DNA from: Hyphochytrium catenoides | Taxonomy: Eukaryota > Protista > Hyphochytriomycota | Length of the DNA stretch: 64,000 bases | Reading direction: 5' to 3' | Assembly: GCA_900088475.1 (NCBI GenBank) | Contig: FLMG01004054.1 | Location: 13,733-77,732 of the forward strand | Part shown: positions 1 to 12,800 of the stretch, piece after piece | Layout of the letters: every line of letters begins with the position of its first letter | Position numbering within the stretch: position 1 is the first letter of the stretch | Notes under the pieces: generated by a model | Seen by the model: the letters and a program-made list of their open reading frames with translations, nothing else | Told to the model about the DNA's origin: nothing | Databases searched by the model: none | Position numbers and translations under genes: made by a program

Positions 1-3000
1 TCTGCTGGCAGAAAAGAGATGGGAGATAATGTGTGAACCTGTGATGACCTCCTCTAGCAAGGTTTATGTTTGCAAGGCTTGTTGTTTGATGACCCAAGCG
101 GCGAGGCTACAAGGATTGACTTAGAAATGAATGAGTGTATCGGTCGAGGTTTTGCAGCAGCACTACTATGACCAAAGGAGGGTCCTCCGTTCTATCTACT
201 AAACTGGCGCAGGACGACCACAATCTTCTTCTTAGCGTTTGAGATTTATCCTTAGCAGTGTAGTCAGTAGCTGTCAATATAATAGTATAATAGAGGGACA
301 GAGAATACCGCCGGCGGAGGCACTACTATTTAGCTGACAGTTTCATTGCGACAGTCGTACATCTGAGCAGGTGCTGCAGGCAAACTTTTACCTCACCCTT
401 CCGTTTGAGAAGTGTTTCTTCCCAAATAAAAGGTGATGAAGGCTTGCAGAGGATTGATGTTGTTTTATTTTTAGCACTTCGACGATGACAATGGCAGATT
501 CACCTCAAGTTATGATGTTATCATCGATGTCCGAAGCCTATTCTTGCAGAGTGGTTTTGATCGTCAGTGAGGCTCCTATCACCATCTTCTCTATTAATAA
601 CATTGATAGTTGTGGACTAGCGTCAGTGTTGTCTAATGTTTTTTGGCGAGAGGGCAAGACTGGAAGTATGTTGAGATTTGTGCGCTTCGGCATGAGTTCT
701 GGAGCCATCATCTCCAACGCTGTTCCCGTCCAAGTTTCAGCGACTGCAGACTAAGGTTGACCTTCCTTCGCTCTCGCGATCCTCACTTTGTTGTGGTGAC
801 AGAGTGGGTCCCATTAGTACTGATGCGCAAGGACTGCATGGAAAAGCACCATCAAGGTTGCGAGGGTGCGTCGTCCAGTGGTCTGGCTTCTTCATCATCC
901 TCTTCATCTTCCTTCATGCTACCTGCTCTGATGGGGTCACGCGACTTCTTCAGCTTCAAGCTTGACGTGTTTTCTCTTTCCCATATGAAATTGAGCTGGT
1001 AGAAGAGCTCTCCAGAAGAAGAAGTGGAGCTAGCTCCCTCATTTATCTGTCCAGTCCGTCCGCCGTCTCGCTCGAAGTCAAAAGAACCTCCTCAGTGAGT
1101 GTCATACGGTCGCTACTTTTGTGGCTCCTTCATAAGTCCACACGATGTGTGTCTCTTTTCTTACGGCTGCTCTGATGATGATGGTCGCCATTGTTATCTT
1201 CCCCACTCACATACAAAGCCAAAAGCAAGAGAATGATGATGATGTAGCAGGAGAGGCTGATAGACAACATCATCATACTCTTCGACGACGACGAAAAAAT
1301 AGTAGTCAGGCTTTCTGCTGCCTGTTACTTCCTTTTCCTTTATGCAAAAAAGCGGATGATAATCGACAATCTTCCGTCCTCGTGTCTGCGTGGTTCTTCT
1401 GTTACTCCACCCTTCCATCATCATCTATTGATCCTGACCCAGAGACAACCATTGCCTTTTACCTAGCTACCATTAATTGTCTCACGCCTTTGAGGCTCTG
1501 CTCTCCTTCAAGCGACCTGGCAGCCATGCTACCGCTAGCAAGACAAGCGCCTGTCTTTGCTTTTTGCGATCGCTCTCCAGCAGCCCCACCCAGTCAGGGT
1601 AACCACAACCGCTATTTTCACTCCTTCGTTTGGCTTCTTATTACCACTCGTCTCTCAGTCTTTAGTAGCACCAAAACCTATCCAATTCTTCTGAGCTCAT
1701 TCTGCCTGCTTTTAGCCCAATCGCATCACGCCATCACAGACGATAGAACTATGTGGCCATCACAAAGTAATGCTGCTGCTGCCAAAGTGGACAGTCGAGC
1801 ATCTCCTTGAGCCACTGATCGGCGGACAATCTGCTGCCCAAAGTCAAGCAAGAAATCCAGCAGCTCCTCCCAACACTCGTCCATTATCGGCGTCGCAATG
1901 GCGTTAGCAGCTGTTCAGGAGGATGCTGGCGCGCAAAATCTGAAGGGCCAAAGGGATCACTGACCTAAAGGTCTTTAAGCCATAGATTTTGTTCCTAGTC
2001 GTACCATCAAGAGGCTCGCCCGTTGTGGCACAGGCCACAATGCTAAGAATCTTGGATCCTTCCCGAAGCATGTCGTGATTCTGTAAGATCCCAGTATTGG
2101 TAGTAATTCTCTCCACGTTTGGGTCAAGTACAACTCTGTTTACACTAGGTTTAATCTTCTCTTAGCGTTCCTTTAGGTTGAGCCTCCTAGTATCGTCGTA
2201 TTTGGGTAGACCAAGGTTAGAGGTGTGTAGTAACCTGTATGTAACCCCCAAAAAGAATGGCCCTTGTGATTGATAGGCAGGAAATTGGGACCCATTTGGG
2301 GAGGTCCGACCCCCCTCGCGAGCCCAAGTCCCCTTGTACTTATACTTAAGTACGGGTTTATTTTCTGGAGGCTTCTCATCCACAACTTGGATATTTGGAC
2401 TTGGGGAGGGTGCACCGGTACTGATACAAGGCCATGGCCCTTTTCCTAGGCAAGAGAGAGACATATTGTAAGTCGGAGAGGAGACAAGCCATAATGATTA
2501 CTGGTGCTAATGCAAGACAGAGAGAGTGAGAGGGAGACAGAGCGACAGAGCGAGAGAAAGGAGGAGGGAGGGAGGACAGCTAACTGTTGCCCTCTTGACC
2601 TGCCCGCCCCTCATCCTCGTCGTCCTTCCCCTTCCCACTGTCTTCTTTCTTCCTTTCTCTCGGTACTTCCCTGGCTTCTTCCTGCTCCGTGTCCCTCCTC
2701 TCCCGCTCTTGGTCTTTCCATTCCTAGCTGAGAAGAGGAAGAAGAAAGTGGCTAACAACTGAGAGAGAGATCTCGTTCTCCGTCATCATCTCGTCCTCTA
2801 CAAAGATGGCTTCTTCCGCGTTGTCTTGTGATCTCATGTCTTCCTTGTTCTGATTGTCCTACGCCGTAGAGAGATAGGACTTGGCTCACCACAGTGCTAT
2901 AGATGGGAAGTGTTTAGCAGCTAGCTTGATGATAAGGATCGCCTGCTGATGATCAGAGGAGGGCAGCAGAGAGACAGAGAGAAAAAAAGTTGGTGTATCT

Positions 3001-3628
3001 TCTTCATTGTTGTTGCCGCTTGTTCAATAATCTCGTCGTACCGTCTGACCCGTTGGGCTGTTCAGCACTTCCACCTCCCCCTCCTCTCTCTCCCCTCTTG
3101 CTGCTTCTTCGACACACAATCTGTACGAAGGAGTGTATTCGTCGAGCATGAGCCATCATGGGCCAGTAACAAGAAAGAGATGCAATGTCCTAGTGGAGCG
3201 ACTAAAGACAAAGGCAAAGGGATTGGGCCAATGTCAAAGGAGCACTTTCGTCTTCCGTACCCACAAATAAAAGGAAGACTGGTCGTGGAGACGCACCACC
3301 TTAGCTTTGTCATGATAAGTCGTCTCTTCAGAACTTGTATTGCCCTCACAGGGTTACTTACCGAAAATCTGACTCGTTGGCTAAGGTGTATTACGGTGAC
3401 CCTGGGTGAGCACTGCTGAGGCCGTTAACTCCCCTGATTGGAGCGGACAGTGTGCAGCTTCTCAAGAGGCACAATAAAAACTTTAGACTGGAGTCAACGA
3501 TTCATACCGATGGTTGCAGCATCAACTTGACGCTGCACTATTCATCAAAGAGCTCGCTAATGCCAATGACCATAAGGGAAGTCTAGCGTTAACTGGAGAG
3601 ACCTCTAAACCGAAGAGAAGCGCAAGAG

Positions 3629-4375
3629 ATGTCCAGACGGCGGCATACCGCAGGTGGAGCCAATTCCCCTTACAGCCGTGAGGTGCCAGAATCGGCGCCG
3701 CAGCCGCCCTCCTCGTCCCTAACCTGCTTGTACAAGCGCGGTCGTTGCAAGAACCCCAGAGCTATAAAGAAAAATGGAAAGCCCCACACACTGTGCGAGT
3801 ACCATCGCCAAAAGCAGATAACATACCAAAGAAATTTTGAGCAGAAAGTTAGGCTAGCCCAAGAGAGACAGCTCGGCAGTGGTTCTGACTCCGAGCAGAT
3901 CGCCCTAGACTTGTCGCCACCGGCCAGTAGTGTGCCTGCCACATCTTCGGATGAGGGTGATCCCAACCTTAACATTTTCCAGCTGTCAGAGGGACCTCCA
4001 ATAGGCTCTCCACATTTCCAAGCCCAGTCAATGCACCAAACCCTATTGCCGCATCATCTATTCAGGAATCTACGATCGGCAGAAAGTCCAACCTTTCAGT
4101 TCTTGGAGCAGCTCTTTCAGACCAACAATAGCGCTTTGCATGCACCTTCAAGGGGTCCAAACCCAAGATCGGTATCCGGGTTGGACCCATCAGTCTTCAA
4201 TCCGAACCAGGCTTTAATCAGCTGGGAAGAGAGATCATTAGAGGGGGAGGGATCAAGCACCGAGATGACCATTAGTGACGATGTGCTGTGTGACGCCATT
4301 GGCATCCTGTGTGACGATGATGATGACCACGGAGAAGATGAACACAAGTTTGACCTTCATTTTCCGTCTCGATAG
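3629..4375 (+). CDS. Intronless putative transcription regulator with a C-x6-C-x15-C-x2-H zinc-binding motif (WRC/C3H-like, oomycete-type)
   Basis: 248-aa ATG-TAG ORF containing CLYKRGRCKNPRAIKKNGKPHTLCEYHRQKQITYQRNF, followed by a low-complexity S/P-rich region and an acidic C-terminus. From recall, this motif is widespread in oomycete proteins. Confidence 0.75.
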   Translation: MSRRRHTAGGANSPYSREVPESAPQPPSSSLTCLYKRGRCKNPRAIKKNGKPHTLCEYHRQKQITYQRNFEQKVRLAQERQLGSGSDSEQIALDLSPPASSVPATSSDEGDPNLNIFQLSEGPPIGSPHFQAQSMHQTLLPHHLFRNLRSAESPTFQFLEQLFQTNNSALHAPSRGPNPRSVSGLDPSVFNPNQALISWEERSLEGEGSSTEMTISDDVLCDAIGILCDDDDDHGEDEHKFDLHFPSR

Positions 4376-4534
4376 CCTTCGGCAAGCGCAGTATGGCGAG
4401 CTAAGTGGCCATATAAGTTACCTGCTATTTATCCGGGACAGTAGAGTCCCATGTGAATAATAAGAATAAATAATTGACTTCTTTTATGAGCTCCATAGAC
4501 CCACATTCTGGTGCTCCTCCGCCTATGATGAGCG

Positions 4535-5780
4535 TCAATTTGTTTCCGGGTAAGAATCCATCATGGACTTCTGTCTTGCCCTCATATGCTGCTGCAGTTG
4601 ATTCTCAGCTCTCTCAATACGGTGCTCTAGACGACGACGACGGCGATCTTGACTTGCCAGTTCCCTCTCCTGGCGCCGCTGTTGCTGATATGGAGTATTT
4701 CCCAAAAGTGCGGCGTCGACCGCGTCGATCCTTTTCTGAATCTCATCAAGATACGGTCTTTCAGCCTCAATTCGGTTCTGCACGAGTGCATTCAATTTCC
4801 GGCAGCTATCGATGCTCTGTCTTTGGCCCACTGCCTCCACGTCAGAGGTAAACCTGTCATAGATCTCATTAGCCCTGGTACCTTCATAAGCCATCTCTCC
4901 ATCTCCGTCATAATCTTCACGGCTCGAGGCATTCCAGCTGTCCACTTTCCCTTTCATATCATCCACGTCCACGAGCTCGTCCCGTTTGGACCCACTCCGT
5001 GCCGTGTGCAGGGAAACGTCTGCAGAGCTAGTATTATGGCGAACACAGTCTTCAGGCCTACCGCCCCGTACTAAGAGGGTAGTCCTGTTCTTTACCTGTT
5101 ATAACAGGTGGAGAAGAAGAAAAACTCAACCTGCTATGATTTGGTACCATTCGTAGCATGGCTCTTACCTCCTGTTGTGATGTGGGACTGCCGAAGGTCT
5201 GTGAAAGACCACCTGTGCGAGCCTCTGTAGGCGTTTTGACAAATCAGGAGAGTGGCTTTAACAGCGCAGACTAACTTTTGGTCTTCTAGGACTCACCTAA
5301 CAAAGCCCTGGCAGGTGGTACTTGGTTGAGGTCAGGATAGGCGATGCTGCGAAGATTTTCCAATTCTCTTTTACAGCTGTTGCCTCGGACATGCTGCGCG
5401 TTCGCATCAGGCAATACCGGATAGTACCTAGGCTGACTGTCGCTGCACCTTGGATTTGTCAGGTTCAGCGGCTGATAATTTTCAATTTTGGAACCGATTT
5501 CTGTCGGGAGAGGATAATGGGGGTCCGCGGCAGAATAGGGATTATGGCTTGCTTGGCGGGCTGCTGCGGTGACTACTGGAGCATGACTCGTATTACTACT
5601 ATCGTCGTCAAACTCAGCAGAGAGCAACGCGTCCGCCGCCTCCTCGTTCTCTAGATATCGTCCAAGGCGAGCTGTTGCTGATGCTACTGGAAGTCTTCTT
5701 GGATTGGCGCCAGTGGTCTCATCCCCCTGGTCAAATGCTGCAGCTAACAGCTCGTCCTCATCTTCTTGTTCATCATCCAT
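4535..5780 (-). CDS. Hypothetical protein, 3 exons, acidic N-terminus and C-terminal coiled coil
   Basis: ORFs 5286-5780 and 4535-4972 join in frame through two canonical introns: TTAG|GTGAGT...CCTACAG|AGGCT and GGAG|GTAAGA...TAACAG|GTAAAG. The middle exon reads EARTGGLSQTFGSPTSQQE. Confidence 0.7.
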
Positions 5781-6800
5781 TGCGGTGTGACGCGTGTTTC
5801 TGCTACCGCAATGGGTGGTTCCTTGATGTCAAGAAATATTGTAAGGTGTTCTATTACTACCAATAGCTGCGGCCTGACATACAGAAGGGACCGCGAATGG
5901 GCAGCTCTTCTGTCGCGCCAAAAGCTTCGAAATCATCAACATATCTGGACATGTAGGTCTAAAGGCCTTTACTTGAAGATTGACCGTGCCTCCATACAAA
6001 GAGTACTCTTCGCTCGTCAAAGCATCAAAATCAGAATGTAATTTTTATAAGTCCTGAAATCGTCAAGCGCTGACGAGTTATCAAACCCAATGGCACTCAG
6101 TTACTGTCTCAAATAGTTTTTTATCACTCCGTTTCACATACTCCGGAGTAGATTTCACCTATCGAAACGTTTTCTTCCAGAGACAAGTTCAGAGAACGCA
6201 TTCTACAGATTCTCGAGTAACCCAGTGTGCAAGGCCTTTGGTATGAGAAATGCTATTATACTACAAGATTCTTCTCAATCTTCTACCAACTTCACGATGC
6301 CCTGAGGCGCGTGAAAGCGCATGGTGGGACCGTGAGCACTAGCCTGGCACAGCGGACGTGGATGAGCTACAGCAGCAGCATGGAAGATGCAGGAAATTTT
6401 AAAAGGCATTGCAGCTCTTTGCAAAACCGAATAGCAACAATGACGTTAGCAGTGCATGGAGGCTAAGTCCTCCACATCAGCGCATTCTAGGCACTCACAG
6501 CGCCTAAGGTTCTATCAAGAGTGACAGCGCAATACTTTCAGTCTAGCAACCTTTTCTACCTCATTGTTGCGTAAACGAATAGCTCTTCTACGCCGAATAG
6601 CTCGTCTACGCTGCGTAGTAAGCCTATCCCCCAAGCTTTAGTGGTTGCGATAGGTAGGTAGGCTTTTGTCCTGAGGATTCATAGTGAGCGCCAGCTAAGC
6701 CTCAAACCACCTGCGACCGCCCTTTGTGTCCTGATTATCAACCTTAGTAGTACAGAGGCTTTTGTCGGTATTGACCATAATGCCCTTCTTTATAGTAAGG

Positions 6801-9800
6801 ATGACGACTACAAGGAAGTCATCAATAAGCGGACTCCGGACAAGTGCCAATATGACTCCTGCTCCTTCTACTAGAGGAGACGCCAAGCTGACCCTGGAGC
6901 GCGTCTTAGGAATTACCTCCTCTCATAACTCTTCGATAGCTATTAACCCCCACACAGGGGAGGTAGCTTATCCTGCAGGATGCGTTGTGGTTATTTACTG
7001 TCCTCGAAGAAACAGACAGGTAATTCAGGGCCATCAGCTTCTGAGTTCGAAAGTTGTGAAACATAGATGGTGCTCTCTAGGTGCGCTTCTTTCGTTCTAG
7101 CAAAAGTGTTTCCTGTTTAAGCTTCTCCCGGGATGGAAGATACCTGGCGGTCGGTGAGAGGGGTCACCAGCCGTCCGTCCTCGTTTGGGACATGGACAAT
7201 GGTGATCTTAAGGCAGACCTCAAAGCGCATAAGTTCGGTGAGTAGCGCACATTGGCGAAACCTGAACTAGCTTTGTCTGATCCCACGCCTGCAGGAGTCT
7301 CTTGCTTGGCCTTCTCAGATGATGCCAGACACCTCGTATCTGTGGGCTTCAGACATGACCGCTACCTCTATCTATGGGACTGGCAGAGTACTAACCAAAA
7401 AGTGTTAGCCTCCAGTAAGATTTCTCAAAAGGTATATGCCTGTTTCCCCTCACCGTTTATTGAAGACGTCAGTTACTAACAACTCGCCGTTAGGTATACT
7501 CAATTGATTTTTCGGAGGACGGCTCTTTCTTCGTCACCTGTGGGGAAAAGCATGTAAAGTTTTGGCATGTCGCTTCCAAGGAAGAGCTCCTTGCGTCTGC
7601 GAAAGGGGACGGGGTTGCCCAGTTGGATGGCCGTGCCGCTGTCATGGCAGCACATAAAGACGCAACTTTTATCGACGTGGCTTGCAGCCGAGGTGAGCGA
7701 AGGGTGTACCCTACCTCTAGAATGGGCGTAAACTAAATTTCAAGCAACTGCAGGAGTTGATTCGGCCCAAGGAAACACAGTTTTCTGTATAACTTCGCAT
7801 GGCGTCCTATGTTCTTTTGGTCCTTCGCGCTTGATGGAGCGATGGGTCTCGCTCGAGACCACTGCGGGCTATTCCCTTTCAGTTACTTCCCAGTATGTGA
7901 TGTGCGGCTGTGCCAACGGCGTCGTGCGGCTCTTTGATCCCTGGACTCTCCAGTACATCACGACCCTGCCTCGTCCACCGCATTTCGGAGGTCCGCCCTT
8001 GCTGTGTCCCGTCAACTCCATTGTTCTATTTTCTTAAATATTCGTCATCCTATCCTCCACATATATTTGCCTTCTTCAATTCTCTCTGGTGTCTCACCCT
8101 GATAATCCCTGACCTCAAGTGCTCCACTAGGCCTCAATGAGCCTCCAAACAACCGACTGGGCGAGAGTGACGCACCTCTCAGTCCCGACGGTAGTCGCTC
8201 TGGGGTGCAGTATGGAGCTTCGATATGCCTTCGAGCGACAGGTATCCTCCTTCCTTGACAAATGTAGAGTATCTTGTGGGGCACTGTGGTACTGTCTTCT
8301 AACTCCCTCTGCTGGTTCCATTAGTCCTGTGCACCAATGGCAGTTACTGAAGGCTTGGCTGTAAACGTGGAGTTTCTCCCTCGCTGGCCCACGTGGCTGT
8401 TGATTTATTTACCTCCCCTATGCTCATTGAGCTTCCCCGACTGGCTCAGTCTATCTTCTAGCATCCCTACTCTCGATGATTTTTGCGTGGCATCTAATGG
8501 TTTGTTCTCACCAGGTGCAAAGGTAGTGGTTTTGTATAGTGATAGGAGCCTGTTCTTCTGGGACGTCAAGGACATAACGAACATTGGACGACATAGATCT
8601 TTCGCTTTTCATAGCGCTTGCATCTGGGACCTCCAGGTGTCGTCACAGGGGACTGCTTCTCGTACCGCGTCTGTCCACACCGGCACAGCGAAAGCGGGAG
8701 GAGTTGATGTCGGCCGAGAACTGCCTCCTGGTAGCTTTGTAACCTGCTCTACTGACAATACGATTCGATTCTGGAACCTGGATGTCAACAAAAGGCGGAC
8801 AGAAGCAAGTGGCGACAGGGACAACACAGAAGACACAAAGAAGTGGCAGATTCCATACAGTAAGGAGCTTCTTCATGTGATCTATATCGATGACCCCAAG
8901 GACTTCAGGGCGGCAGCTATGAATCCCGCCTTTAAGGACCCACAAGAGAACAGAGTTCTTGGAGGGAGTTGCACAAGCCACGGCATGTTGGACACGGAGA
9001 TACCCGAGAAGCCGGATACCGGGGCAGGTATTGAGATCACGATGTCGACCTAGGCCCTCTTAGCTTGATCTATTCACCTTCATCCCTACTCAGAGTAGAT
9101 CTTCTCACGTTACTAGTCTTTGCTTTGCTCGTTAGATTTAATGTATCTTGTAGCATGTACTTGTTGTCTTTCTAGTTCACTCTATTCTCAAGTTTTGCCT
9201 TTATAGGCCTACGCAGTCTCGCCTTGCATCCTGAAAGCAGACATATCGCGTCAGGAGACAAGCAAGGGAACCTGCGGGTTCATGACCTGTCAACTATGAA
9301 GCTGATAAGTCTACAAGCAGCCCATGACACCGAGATTCTCTCTTTAGACTACTCTCCAATCATTGAAGTAGAACATAACAAAGACTCGGTGAGAGAAAGG
9401 CGAGATATTCTCCTGGCCACCGGGAGCCGAGACCGATTGGTCCACATATTTGACGTCAACCGGAAGTACGCCCTTCGACAAACATTAGAGAACCACTCTG
9501 CCTCAGTCACAGCCATTAAGTTCTCTAAAGATGGAAGGCATATCTTCAGCTGTGGAGGCGACAAGACGATCGTTTTGTCGTCCCTTGACGACAAGACAGT
9601 GCGTCGCACGAAGTCCATTGCTGTCCCTTATGGCACTGTCTTTGATCTAGACGTCGATGCAACAAGCAAATACTTGGTCACCTCTGGACAAGACAAGAGG
9701 CTTAATATCTGGAGCATAAACACAGGAAAGCACGTGAGGTAGGCAAAGTACCGTTAAAGTCTTTCCCCCTTGTCTTTACAATGGTCCAAGGACCATACAT

Positions 9801-12800
9801 TGTTTGGTGCGTTTCGCTGTAGAAAGTGCCTACAGTCATGTATCCCTCCATCATTGTCTTGTTTCATCTATGGCCACCTTGGATAAGCCTTTTATTTGAT
9901 GGGCAGTCTTGCTCTATCCTTTGATCCAAGTCCAAAAAGTCCTTGACAGTTCACACTCTTACCTAACACGTTACGTCCTAGGAGCTACAAACCTCAAGGA
10001 GAGGGAGGAGAGCTCTTCAAAGTTCAGTTGGATCCAGCAGGAGTGTACGCTGCAGCTTGTAGCTTCGACAAATGGATCAGGCTATTCGATTTTTACTCTG
10101 GTGCTTGCGTGGCCAAGGTCTCAGGGCATAGTGAACTAATAACTGGAGTGAAGTTCACGCCAGACTGCAGGAGGTAACAGACGGGACGCACAGAGAGAGC
10201 TCTCTGCCATAGAATGATCTTTTTAGCTCTGAGTAATCACACGGAGGACCACCGCGGCCGCTGGGGGAGAAGCCGCCAGGAAGTGGTCCACCCCACTTAT
10301 ATCCTTCTGTTCTCCAATTGTCTCATCGCTTAGGGGACTTAGCCCTGTCTCTGGTGTTCCATATATATCTGATGGTGATACTATCTTCTCTCCCTTATAT
10401 TCAAGCAAATAATTGCCCTAATTTTAGGTTGATATCGGTCGGGGGAGATGGATGCATATTTGTGTGGAGGCTGGCGCCGGAGCTAACTGCGGCTATAAAA
10501 GGAAGACATGCTGAACTCTTTGGCCACCAACCACTTCAGTCCAGCGAGGACGAGATAATGGCAGATAACAAGGACCCAGGGGTGGAGGCAGAGGACCAGG
10601 TGGGGCTAGGAAATGGCACAGGCACAAGACAAATGACTTTCTATCAACAGTAATTCTCCGGTCATACTTATGCAATGTGCCACTTTCTTTTGACAAACCA
10701 GGCTAAGCCGCAGCATCAAATAGGGGGGCGGCTGATAGGACTTACCGACCATGTTGAGGATAGTATACATCTTCTTTCTGAGTCTCCACCTGAGCCACCC
10801 TCCACTAGAAAAGCACGCGAAGGGAAAGTGGCTGGAAGGGGAACTCCAGAGGTAAGACTCTCGCAAGATCATGCCTTGCAACAAGACCTAGCCGATACGT
10901 TCTCAATTGTTTTGATTCATGCTAGCTCTTGAGGGTCTCAGAGTTCTATCAAATATTATCAAACTATCACTGTCAGATTGGCTTGAAGATTACTTATAGC
11001 ATTTTGGCAACTATTTCAGTTTGCATTCACGGCTTTCGTCTTGAAGCCATCCTTCAGTTCGTGCTCACACCACGGTTGGTTGTGCTTGAACCTGTGCAGC
11101 TGAAAGACAATAAGAAACGTAGAGATCACTTGCATCAGCTTCTGGAGAAGAGTGCGCCTTCATTAAGCCAGAAAAGGCCTATCTCGACAGCAGTGGAGGA
11201 AACGGAACGAGCACAAGCGGGTCAGAGTAGAGACACGAAACTGCTCCTCGCTAGCTGTCAACGTTTTGTCTCTCACTTGGAGAGTACCTTACAGCCGCTA
11301 TGCCACTTGACCAAGGGGTTCTTCTCCTTGGTGTCTAAAACACTGTCAATTCCCCCAGACGACCGAAAAGGCCTAACTCTTACCTGTTGTTTCCGCTCTC
11401 CTTCTGCATCGCCTGGGCATTCTACGCCAAACCGAGCTAGATGCCCCTATTTGTCTTCATTGGTACTAGAATCCCTCCGTTCTTGCTTACATCTTATTGC
11501 GGTTGACAGCACTTCTTCTAAGCCTGGTTCCCACTATGTTTGCCTTTGACTGTATAGTGCGGCCTCTAACTGCATTGGACAAGGACAAACTGCCTGCTTG
11601 GGCCAGAACAACAAAACTGCCATCAGAGGGTCCTGGAGAAACCACCAATAAGAACGCCCAGGCAGAAGAAAAGGACAGAAAAAGCACCAAGGTAGAGAGC
11701 AGGTGGGCTCAGCGAAGCCAAGAGGACTATGAGCTGTTCAGCGAACAAACTGCAGGAACAGATAAGTTGGGCGACGCTGTCACTTCTCCAGACAAGCTTT
11801 CCGCAATTCTAGGTGCGACCAGCAAGGAATACTCTGTTTTAGATAGGGACAAAGCGAAAGAAACTTGGAATGAGACAATGATGTCCAAGAACCTAGAGCA
11901 GGATGATGTGCTTATGGATGAGCCTCAAGCATTACAAGAGAGAAGCGGACTTTCTCCTCCACCCTTGACGAGCAGAACAGAGGCAGGAAAGGATGAAGAG
12001 GAGGAGGAGACAAGCAGTGTTGTTTATTATATGAAGTCTGATATGGAGGACAGAGGGCTCACCTTCAACGTGGCTCTAAAAACAGAAGGTGTGCTGCTTA
12101 GTCTGAATTTGGATATCCCACTCTTGGATGTGTGAAAATCGATCCTCCAGTTGCTTTCCTTGAGTGTAGTCGGTGAGAGATCCTCTTTGTGTCCGACTGG
12201 CCGCTATGCCGGTGTGCTTACCGCTCTCTTGTGGATCTCTATTGGTAGTTAAAGAGCCTCAGCCATTGATGGACACGACAAGCGAGGCGGAGGAGCCTCA
12301 AAGTTCCGTGTTGGAGGAACAGTTCAAGCAGAGAGAAGAACAGAGCGGAAAGCAGCTGCAGAGGGAAGTTCTTCTTCTTGAAGCAAGTGATAAAATGGAG
12401 GTCCGTCCCTCTAGTTTCTTCCCATCTCTACGCAAGCTGGCTAGTTTCGTTTTCCGTTGGCGGCCTGGCGTCTTGAGATCCACTAGGTGGATCACACGTC
12501 ACCCTTCTGCCCATCCAGAGTCATTCTAAAGTGAACCTATGAATCGCATTCCATTTCTCAACCACCGCTTCGTTCTTTCCGGTAGGTCGAAAAAGGAGAA
12601 AACGACTTCGATAGGCTCAACCTGAGGAACAGCTTATCCAGGAACTACTTTAAGGGTGCAACAGAGGGCCGAGCAGACAAAGATGACGGAGATAAAGGCC
12701 AGGAGGGAGACGAAGAGCACTCCTCGGCGCCAAAGGTGCTTGCCTCCCCATCTTCCCCTATCGCTGCTAAAGAACAAGGAGAAGGGATAAAATCCCTAGC

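Noticed and set aside
2237-2463. Solo LTR (TG...CA ends, TATA-like core)
   Set aside because: No target-site duplication, PBS/PPT or second copy seen in the window.
1-3420. ORFs 485-1810, 1904-2464 and 2504-3419 as genes
   Set aside because: No recognisable motifs or consistent splice structure; largely GA/CT-rich low-complexity sequence, possibly decayed coding DNA.
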